From Priapulus caudatus (taxonomy: Eukaryota): a DNA stretch of 41,924 bases. This document shows, piece after piece, positions 12,601-24,600 of this stretch. The position numbers and the translations under genes are program-made. Numbering within the stretch: the first letter of the stretch is position 1; each line of letters starts with the position of its first letter. The stretch is from assembly GCF_000485595.1 (NCBI RefSeq), contig NW_014577073.1, positions 851,684 through 893,607 of the forward strand, in the 5' to 3' direction. The notes beneath the pieces are model-generated. The model searched no databases. It saw only the letters and a program-made list of their open reading frames with translations, and was not told the DNA's origin.

Positions 12601-15600
12601 GGTGGCAGTCATCTGCGGTACCATGCCCTAGCTGGCCATGCACTCCCCAGCCCCAGCTGTACACTCTAAAATTAAACAAGACATAAATTTACTATGACAT
12701 GATAATATCGTCACTACGGATCGACGGAGTGACATCATAAATTGTGGGGTAACATTATTGAGTTTCGACATGACACAAGAATCAGACATCAGACACAGAA
12801 GTACTAACACTTTGTGTCATGTCGAAATTGAACTAGATAGAGCTATCACTGATAGTGATTAATACCCCCGCAATACCGCTTTGTCGGAGAAAAAATGGAA
12901 GGTCATGGTGTGGCATACATTATGAGTAAAGAATACACGGAACACAAAAAATGATGGAATTAAAAAAACAAAAAAACAAAGATGAGATACGGTTTCCATG
13001 GCAACGCCTTGACCGACGCACAAAAAATATGTCACGCACATCAACCCTTCATGGTGATCAAGTGTATGAAGTTTGATTGAAATCCCTTGAAAACTGTGAA
13101 GTAGTTCGCGCCACAAACATTTTGCAACGGACCTAGTACCCGTGATCGCCCGCCCGACCAACATACCGACAGACCGACAGACCATAAGATAACTCCTATA
13201 TATACTGATATACCTCCTTCAAACTTCGTTTGCGGGGGTATAATAATGTTACCCACAAATTATGATGTCACTCGGTCGATTCGTATTGATGAAATTATTA
13301 TGTTAACATCATAGTAATTTTACGCCCTCATTTAAGACACTTGCCACGATCAGTAATAATGAACATGCAGCATTCTACTGTTAGCTCGAAATGTGTATAA
13401 GATGCGTGCACTACTATTCAGTAATGAAGTACGTGTCATATATTAGTGCAAGCTATTACAACTAACCTTCCAGTGCTTGTGAGAGCCAAGGTATGGTACT
13501 GTCCACACACGACAGACACACACTGCACGTGCGCTAGAGCCTGAACGATCCTCGGCGGTCCACCAGTCTCGTTCATTCCTAGGCCTAGCTGACCATACGT
13601 GTCAGATCCCCATGTGTACACCTGCAGTTTGAATATTTAATGAATATAGCATAGTATAGAATAGAGAATATAATGCAGTATAGAATGTAGAGAATGACAC
13701 CGTATTTAATAATATTGTTGGTACTATAACAGTTCCATTCGACATCGACAAACACGCTCTAGAAAAACGCATAGCTAAGAACAAAGAAACACAAGTTAGG
13801 TGATTCGAATTTTGAGAAACACAATGCATTCCTTGTCCATTCATCCCCCTCCCAACCCCACCATCATGTTCACTCCCACTGCTCATTAAAAGATTTACAC
13901 GGAGCAGAAAAGTACCACCAATGCCCAGTCCAAAATGAGTCACTGAAGTGTCCAATGATGAACGACGTCAACATTACAGCAAGAGCTAACAATATCTCTG
14001 GGGTTTATTAGCTCCTGAATATATCCGCTCTGACAAGGACGCCGCTGCATTACTGGCTCAGGTCCGCGCACGACGACGACAGGGATATTTACGCCTGTGT
14101 TGGTGAGAGCCACGGTGTGTGCGTTCCCACAGGACACGGCTATCACGTCCAACCCGATCAGCTTGTACACGCGCTGCGGCGATTCCAGGACACCCTGCGT
14201 GTTCTTATGACCCAGCCTGAAACGCACGCAAAACTAAGCTATTACTGCGCAAAACTACACTGAGGTAAAACGACAAAATGTGGCAGGTGAATTCGAGTAG
14301 CATTCGCATGACCGTGTTCAGTTCACATAAGTGATAATCATGTGGTATATGTATAATACATAAATATTAAACATAATAATAAACATAATATTATGTATAA
14401 TGTATGATGCATAATTACATGGTATATATATATAATCAGGAGTAGATAATAGGGAAGGAGTGTGACTTCAATAAACAAGGGAAATTCGTCATTTACTAGC
14501 CTTATAATACCTACGATTTACTACGCGTAACTCATCCAACTTGAGCTCAAATCGGACACAGTACATTCGACCATCATCGTACCAGATCGTTTCCTCGTAG
14601 ACACCCGCAATCCGGAGATACAGACTAAAACATACGACACGATTCTCCAATCTTTGTCCATTAATCAACCGTAGCAATCGCCTATACTTCAAACAAAAGG
14701 CAGCTACTAACCACACTGCACGGGGCTTGCGCTCACGGCGAGGCGCTGTGGCTAGCAGGGTGATTAGGCATCAACGCAACACTCGGCGAGATAACCTTTG
14801 ACCCGGTAGACAGCTACAATGTTTGCCTGTATGTCATACCGGCATGCCGGCACGCACGCACGCCAATCCGCTATCAGCAGCAGCTCCCTGCGAGCCACAG
14901 CGCCTCGCCGTGAGCGCAAGCCCCGTGGACAGTGTGGTTAGTAGCTGCCTTTTGTTTGAAGTATAGGCGATTGCTACGGTTGATTAATGGACAAAGATTG
15001 GAGAATCGTGTCGTATGTTTTAGTCTGTATCTCCGGATTGCGGGTGTCTACGAGGAAACGATCTGGTACGATGATGGTCGAATGTACTGTGTCCGATTTG
15101 AGCTCAAGTTGGATGAGTTACGCGTAGTAAATCGTAGGTATTATAAGGCTAGTAAATGACGAATTTCCCTTGTTTATTGAAGTCACACTCCTTCCCTATT
15201 ATCTACTCCTGATATAATGGATCAAGGCTTTAATTTGCGATTACTCATCAAACAGTAGGAATCGATCATGCTTTCCAATACTATAGCATAATTTCGAGGC
15301 CATTGCAATATTTTCTTCAAAGACAATGATAAAATTAATCTGCTCTGCAGTAGTCATACAAACTAAAACGACCACCGTTTATCACTAGGATATTATCCCA
15401 CCCTTCTGCCAAAATCAAAAACAGAATATCAATACAACACTGATCTACAATCCATGACGTGCACCGCAACATTGGTTCCTAGTCTATCTTCAAGTCATGC
15501 ATAGATAGTATAGTACTCGTGCATAGACGTGCAAATTCTGACAACCTCGCTAGCTTTGCGACTCTCGCTCCGGTCACGGTACCAGTGTGATAACCCACGG

Positions 15601-18600
15601 CTTCAACCGCCATCCGACAACAAGAAAAATACCGTGCAGTGAGCGGTGACCCTAGGAGACCCACTCATAACAACATGACAACGCGATATCGCAACTACGT
15701 GAATCGCATTAGTTGTTATGCTCGAGCGAGATGAGAGCTTGAATGAGTTTCGCGATACTGACCGCTCTCGATCCGTCTTGCCCCACGTGTACAGTTCTCC
15801 CGCGACGACGACGGCCGAATGGGAGTGACCGGCCGCCACGCTGACCGGCTGGCATGAAACTATCACAGTATCTCGTTCAATCTGGAAATGATGTGGACGT
15901 GAAGAGACAGCGAAACAGTCTGCATGAGCACAGAAGATGCAACGCTACCACGAAGTGGTTTCGGTTACGTACAAGCGAACTTGGGAGAGAGACAAGGAAA
16001 GAGAAAGAGAGAGAAGGAAAGAGGAAGAGAGAGAAGGAAAGAGGAAGAGAGAGAAGGAAAGAGGAAGAGAGAAATAGAGACAGGTGGAGACATGAGCGAG
16101 AGGATTTCGGGAGCGGGATATGGATGAGGGATTTTGCGCCTGTACGAGGGACTACACGCACAAACGCACTCACACAGATGCACATTCACGCAGCATGCAC
16201 ACGCACGACTCCCGTCGACAGCACTAACATCCTCCCTCACTCACGCCATCACTGACCAGCTCCTTGTCGGCTCCGTCGCCGGCGTGAGCAAAGGTCGCGT
16301 CGAATCGCAGCGTCTTCGCGCCCGCGCTCCGCCCAAAACGCCGCCGCTGCTGCGCGACCAGCGCCAGCAGCACGGTGAGGTAGAACTCGATCGCGTCCTC
16401 CACGCAGAGCTCCCTTGCCGTCGCCGTCGTCGGCTCCCGCTCCGCGCCAACGAAGTCGATGACAGTCTCGCTCGCGACCGAGCTCATCGAGCCGTCCATC
16501 GTCCTGCATCAACGAGTAACCGTGGCAACCGCATTCCAAGTGTTAGTTGCCGAGTTTATTATTCGTATTGGCTCGATGAAACCGACTACCGTTGGTTGCT
16601 CTAGTGGGAATATTTATGATGGCGGCTTAAAGTGATTACGTCACCGTAAATAGTAAAAGTAAAAAAAATTATGTCCACTTTTCACAAAATGTAAGTGATT
16701 CTGTTCACTTTTTATGGTTAAATTGCTGCATCATACTTCCTATTTTGCTATTCCGTTCAATGTGAACAAACATTCGTGACTCATACATAGCCCATAGCAA
16801 GCATTTAATGTCGTGACAAATATAACAAAATCACGCAGGTTTTTTAGATTTTTAACTAGTTGAGAAACAATCTTATTGGGTAAGAATTTGAGGATACATT
16901 TGAGTTACATTGTATCTCATTATTACATTAGTACTTACTTTTCATGTAGAAAAATTGCAACACAAATTTTACAAAGATACACCATAGGAAATTTGTGACG
17001 TAATCAATTTAAGCGGCCAGCGGTTCGGCTGGCTACGCAAATGCCATTGCGTTAATTATATCTGGAGCTCCAGATTAAATTAGTGTTGTACATGGTTGTA
17101 CACGTGTTTTACATCAGCAGACACTCAACATAAATATTACCACTAGAGCAACCAACGGTATAGCCGGTTCCGTGGAGCCATACAAAGCCTAATAAACTTG
17201 CCAATTAAATCAATTCCCTATAAATTAATAAAGTCCCAATAATTTCCATATAAATTAACTAATTCCCAATAAATTCCCTATAAATTAATTAATTAGCAAT
17301 AAATTCCCTATAAATTAATTAATTAGCAATAAATTCCCTATAAATTAATTAATTCGCAATAAATTCCCACGCGTGCAGACGTGTGTTACGTTTCCTCGCA
17401 ATGTCGCAGGGAAAACAACACCCTCGGCAACGGCCGACGATGAGACGCACCTTTTGCGGTGCTGCACGGCGCGAGAGAGGAAGGGCTTCATGGCGGCGCG
17501 CGACGGGTCGAACTGCAGCGCGAGGTGAAGGAGAGTGTCCTCGTCGAGTAGCGCCACCTGGGAGACAACGAGCTGCATGTACTGCAGCGCCGCCTGTGGC
17601 AGCGCCAGAAGCTGCATCACCACGTCCGACGTCGTCATGCAGTGTATGAGCGACTCTGCAACGAACGGTCGTTTGTGTGCAATGTAGCAGCAGCAATAGC
17701 ACTGACAGCAGTGGTAACAGCAGCAGCAACAGCAGTACTAGTAGTAGCAACGACACCAGCCACAGTAGTAGCAGCAGCAGCAGCAGTAGTAGCAGGACAC
17801 CAACAGCAGCAGCAGCAGTACTAGTAGTACAGGCCTGTGAGAGCTTGACTTTGTAAAAAGAGGAAACCCCAGAAAGGCGGTTGGGGGGGGGGGGTCCTCC
17901 CCCAGAAAATTTTTGTTTTTCGAGATGCTCTGTGGTGCAATCTGAGACCTCTGGAGGGTATATNNNNNNNNNNNNNNNNNNNNNNNNNNNNCATCACCAC
18001 GTCCGACGTCGTCATGCAGTGTATGAGCGACTCTGCAACGAACGGTCGTTTGTGTGCAATGTAGCAGCAGCAATAGCACTGACAGCAGTGGGAACAGCAG
18101 CAGCAGCAGCAGTACTAGTAGTAGCAGCAACAGCCACAGCTGTATTAGCACGTGCAGCAGTGAGTGTAGAAGCAGCATTAGCTAATCTACGACGATGACC
18201 ACAAAGAGTACCGCACTGCCGAGAAACGTACGAGATTTCTGCAATCGTGTCTAACACGCGTAAATGCTCACCGGGCACGACGACCAAAGCGTGCGTGTCA
18301 TCATAGACGTCCGTGTCATCGGTCCTCATGTGCCCCTGAGAGCTAAGCAGCTGCAGCATCTGAGGCATCAAGCCGCATCTCTGGAACAAATGCACGCACG
18401 TGGTGACATGTTGAATGACTGTGACAATCTAACCAGGAAAGTGCAGTAGTGAGGTTAGCCGATGCGGCAATGGTGGCAATATGGATGGCATCTGCCATTA
18501 GCACAATGGCATCTGTGTTGAACCTCTTTAAATGCTTCCTACCTTTGCCAAGAGGAAGAGAAGATCGTACATTGCATATCTCGACAGCAGTTCTAGCGCC

Positions 18601-21600
18601 AGTTGACAGTCGTAGTTGGTCGTCGTATTCAAGAATTCCCTGAGATAAAATGCAAAACGAAAACATTTGCACAGTGTGCTTGGTCGAATTTCGAGTAAAA
18701 AGAAATCACTCAGTGATGACTGAAGTGTTTGCAATAGATGAAAAACCACTAAGCCCCATCTATAATTGCGATGAAACACTGTACGCTGATGTGCGTGCTA
18801 CACGTAATTTGCAAGTCAATGACCTATCGCACATACTACCTGAATGAGGTTTCAAGCCATACTGAGCTCCTCGATTGATGATCAATCACTTCATGGGTAA
18901 AACACAGCAAAGCTATATTGGCCAGCTGCTCTCGGTCAACTAACGTCATGTACATCTAAAAAACAATGACCGAGTCGATGACGCGTCACAAACTATAAAC
19001 TTAAACACATTAAATGTTAAATGTTTTAATGCTAAGTGATAAACTTAATGCTATATTCAACATTAAATCTCGAGGTTTAATTTATGTTCTAATTGGTGTC
19101 ATATAAACTTAATAATTAACACAACCCATAATCACTTACCTTAGAATTTGATAACAAGTTGCTGACATATGCCAGAATTTTTCCGATGTGGTTATGCTTT
19201 ACAAAGTTGTATATCACCCGCACGTATGGAGACTGCAAGTAAGCACAGAGTGACTATTAATAAAAGTGTAAGACTACTCCTTCATACACAGGTGGTTAAC
19301 CTGTCCAAATAGTTTGGTGGCACCAAAATGCAAGCAATCATTTCACAAGAATGCGTCACGAAATCCTTTCTGCCAAACCCAAAAGGTCTGTTGTTAACTT
19401 CGAACAATTACCTTTGACACCTGATACAGGTAGATAGCGTGACAAAACTGGCCTTGCTCTAGGTAAAAGTCACCTGCCAGTTCATACAGAAGATAGAGAT
19501 CCAAGCCAAGCGAGATACCTACAACAAATCAGATTTCACTTCCACTTTACTCTCGCCCCGCAAATATAACAAGCTACTCTGGCCGCTGCACTACTTTACT
19601 GAGGTGCACACACACGCCATTAATGTAGAATCCACACAAAGGAATAAAACAACATTAATTCAGAGACCACCACAAAATTTCATCGTGGCTCTACAGAAAG
19701 TATGAGAGTACTCGCCACATGATACAATCATCAGCTAATAAGTTAACGAAGTTCTAAGTTCTAAGTTCTAACGAACTAAGTTCGCGATCGGCTCCTCGCA
19801 CGCTGCAGGCTACACTCACCTAGCAGCTCGGTCACGTCGATGTCGTAGTTGTCGATGGTGAGATCGAGGAACATGCGTTCGGGCGAGATGCGCGGCCTGC
19901 ACTCGTACACGGCGCGCCGGCCGACGATGAGGCAGCCCGTGAAGACGGTGTGATGCTCGAGGGCTATCAGCGGCAGGCTGTCGAACGCGCCCTCGATCAC
20001 GGCTCCCATGTCCTCGCTGCTGCTGCTGCGCCGAATTATCCCCAGATTACCTGCGATCGTCGAAAACGTGCAGTGAAAATGTGCGTTCACGAAATATTTT
20101 TTTTTACATAGTCAGCTTTCATGCAAAGCAAAGGTATGAACGACTTAGTTTTAATATAAAATACTTTACTACCTATCCCGGATATCGACACCGACCGATC
20201 TCTAGCTGGTGACAGAATTTATCAGAACAAGGAAATATGCTATAGAAATGTACGTATATAAAATTTTAAAAAAGTTATTGTTTTCATGCAAAGCAAAGGT
20301 GAATGACTGACACCTGCCGACCCCTAGCTGGCGAGAAGATTTATCAGCACAAGGAAATGTGCTATAAAAATGAATCGTTATAAAATAAACAATTTTTGTC
20401 AGATTTTTCATGTCGTTCTAAATAGAATGCCATAAAAACTGTCTAACATTTTTCTTAAATTTTACAAACATACATTTTCGTAATATATGATTTCCTTGTG
20501 CTGATAAATCTTGTCACCAGCTAGGGTTCGGTAGGTGTCGATAGCTAGGATAGGTAGTGAGGTATTTTATGTTAAAACCAAGTCATTTACCCATGCTTTG
20601 CAACGTGTAGGGAAAATCTTTGTATACCTGTGGCAATCGCCTGAGCCACATCATCGATGTGTTCCATATCAGCGCACTCAGCTACTTCTGCTTCATCAAT
20701 GTGAACGTGAAAAACCACGTTATCATCGGCTTTCGCCGGTTGGAGTGGCACCGTGGCATCGGGCGATGCCCTACAACACAACACACGCACACACACGATT
20801 AAAGCTATATATCAAACAAACGTAGCAGCTACAGTACACATCCAGTCATCAAACGGTTATATTATAATATCATTAATAATTGGTTAAAACCATATAACAT
20901 TCTTGAAAGTATTATAGTGCATTGTACTAATCTACACAACAGAACTACTTCACATTTTAAAGTACGGCAACAACGTGGAGTGAAGTTCATCAGTGAAATG
21001 TACCTGTTCGGTGTATTTGGAGGCACAGTAATTTTTTTGGTTAAACCCCTTGCTTTTTTGTCACATTTTTCCTTCAACGTTAGCATGATATCAGCAGAAA
21101 CAACCTGCTGTTTAGCTGAAGATGCTTCGCCAGGCACCTGTGTAAAAGAAGAACGAGATAACTAAATGAACAATCATTTTTAGGACTGCGATAACAACAA
21201 GTCGCAAGTGCTATATACAAGATCAGGAAATCATACACTAACTATCAAACAGTAAAAAAACATAAAATTACAGACTTGTCTTTGCATTAATTGAATTTCA
21301 ACACCTTTTTGGCCACGCTTCAACACTGCACTAATTTATGACTAACTACGAACACTAGAATTACTAACCTGAAATAGTAACACAAAACTATTGTCCCTAC
21401 AAGATTCAAAAACTGAGAATCAGTCAACAAATCTTCATATCATCCTCATATCATTAGCTTAAGCACACCCAATCAATATTATTGTTCCACATGGGTTTAC
21501 ACATTTGGTACAAACCGTTCGCCCCATCTCTTGTAGGCGTGCATGCTCGCGTTGCTTGTGCAAGTAGAAAGGGTAATTTCTTCTCACGATTTTCAAGTCC

Positions 21601-24600
21601 TTTCCCATTTGCGAAGTACTGAACTGCTGCACTTTAGATTCTTCCTTGAATGACTATAAATTAAAAAATAATGTCACATTCTCAAATACGTCATTAACGT
21701 TCACGCACAAATAAATAAAGGTTTTGCATAGCTGGTGGTGGCTTTCATCATCGGATGCACTCACTGACAACAAACGACACATCCAACGAGAGCCATCTTT
21801 CATATATGTCCCGTACCGGGTTGATCTGAGGTCTGTACTTCCCTTGTACCTACTCACATATTGAAGCAGTAGGTGGCGCCAGTAGTCTGCACGTTTGCAA
21901 TCAGTTGCTCCAGTGTGCAAACTCACTGTCCTCCTGCCAAAGCTATGGAGCTTAAGAAACACTCAGAACCCAAAAACAACCCGTTACATGAAGGATAACA
22001 CTTATACTAACACCCGCACTGCTGCTCATACGTGAACGGATCCATTAGGGCCATGTAGAATACCACAGGCCCTTACATCACACGTAGAAACCTAGAACTG
22101 ATATCCACACATCTCCTGCGGTTTAGTAAGAACGACGACGGAGCCATTCCTACCTGCTTTGCTTCCGTGTAAGACTCCGACTGCTGATTGGACAGGACGA
22201 GCACCGTGTCATCAGCGAGAGTAAACAGCAGATGGTCGGTGACCAGCACCTTCCCACAATCCTTCGGTACGCGGTAGATAAACACTGGCGCCTCCTGTTC
22301 TATGCCGTCGTACATCTGCGCGACAACAAGAAAACATCACAATTACGATGTCCAGTCCCTGCACATGGGACTCTTTATATTGCAATACAATGCCTTTAAG
22401 CACTAAGAGTTCGTCCTCTACGTACGTAACGTCACAACTTATGACGTCTATTCCCTAAATCTAGTAAACTTTTTTGCATTACAATGCAATGCCTCTAAGT
22501 ACCGAGAGTTATCGGTCGATTTCGTCGATTAGCGTAAGATTATCGGGTATCAGCCGGGTTTATTCAGAACAATTAAGTCAGGGAGTGAAAGCTAGAGTGT
22601 GGCGACTTTTACCCTAAGTAAACCGTCTTTGAAATTTTGCTTCGCTAGTAGGTATCTGCTCTTTGCATATGCCGTAAACACATTTCCTCCATCGTCCTGC
22701 ATCTTGACTGGTAGAAATCGTGGATGTGAATCCGCTGAAAGAGTAAAACGATGTTATTGTATTAAGGGACGACTGGACTTGCAAAATCATAACCCATTTA
22801 TTCTCTCCTCTTTCCTCTCCCATTCTCCCTCTCTCTTGATTATTCCTCTCTCTTGCTCTCGCTCCCTCTCTCTCCCTGTCTCACTCTCTCTATCTCTATC
22901 TCTATCTCTATCTCTATCTNNNNNNNNNNCGAATGTTACCTGCATGACATATACAGATATACAACGAATGTTACCTGCATGACATATACAGATATACAAC
23001 GAATGTTACCTGCATGACATATACAGATATACAACGAATGTTACCTGCATGACATGTACAGATATACAACGAATGTTACCTGCATGACATATACAGATAC
23101 ACGAGTGTTACCTGCACCACATACATGGTAATTCAATGAGCGATACAGTGTGACATAAATGGGAATGCATCACATGTTACCTGCATGAGTTACACAGGAA
23201 CACATTTTCTGCTACATGCACAGGAACGAATTGGATTCTTTGATTCATTTATCACATGTCAATCACCTGAATTAATAAAGGAGTGAGTTGGAGGGGATTA
23301 ACATACCAGCAGGTAGGTGGTTGTCTGTTCATTATTAGTATACAATTCCATTTGCTCGATCTCTTCTGGTATGTACGTGCCACATAGCTCCTTCCCCTTG
23401 ACAAGGTCAACAAATGTGACTTCTCCAAGCTAGAAAAATACATAGTCATGGAATGACATTGTACAATAGTTAATACACACATTCACACACACACACACAC
23501 ACACCCACGCACACACACAGAGACACGCACGCACGCACGCAAGCACACATGCATGCAAGCACGCACACACACATGCACACACACACACATGCACGCACGC
23601 ACGCACACACACACGCACACACACACACACGCACGCACGCACACACACACACTAATAAAGTTATGCCTTATTAATGAAAGGTTTGCCAACCACAATTATA
23701 AATAACAGCAGAAATTGTATGATGTACTAGATGACAGACAGGAATAAGCACAGAAAATGTATACATATCCTCTGCACATTATCACGATAACTATCGAAAT
23801 AATAACGAGAGTAAAGAAAAATTCAAACCTTATTTGCAATGATGCCAACATGAATATCATCCAGTGTGTTCCACCAGGCAACCGAAGTTGGTTGAGCTGT
23901 AAAATACACCATGAGCTAATTTCTTACATTGTTAGTATTACAGACTGAAGTACATGAGCGTATCAATCTATACATACTTTTGTCTTTTACTTTTCTGCAT
24001 AATTTTATCACTTTCCATAGGTACATTCTCATTTGCAACACAATTCCCCGTATAGAAATTAAAGTCGGTTTGAGATATTTTAGTGCATCTTAATAAGCAG
24101 TGTAAACATGCTTTAAATAATTACTCCTACCTTTTGTTCCTTTATACTTCAGGATCTCTGTAACATCTTTGAGGTTCCACATTTGGTTGATTTTCACTCC
24201 AGGGTCCTGTTAATAGATAAAATACAAGTTTTTTGGGGGATTTCAACATAAAATACACAACATCACACAGTTAAAACATGTGTTTTATCACACATTACTA
24301 ATCATTCACACTGAAATTGTAACTATTCTACATGAAATTATATTTTATAATGTGGCTGCTTGCCTCTAATAACGATTCACTTTTAAGTGCAGCAGAAAAT
24401 TAAAAATAATAGCTGTATTTATCAAGGTAGTTTTTTTTCAAACATTTTCCTCTGCAAAGGCAATTTCTTGTCTCCTTCCCTCTGTCTATGTAGCTGCTCT
24501 ATCGCACTTCTCAGACATGTTTCACAAACATTGCGAGTCCCAAAACATTGTAGTGAGCCATTAAAACATGATGAAAATGTCAATGAGACCCCTATTTTAC

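Noticed and set aside
14489..15159. Two identical 75-aa ORFs on opposite strands
   Set aside because: Consequence of the MITE inverted repeats; GTG start, no domain
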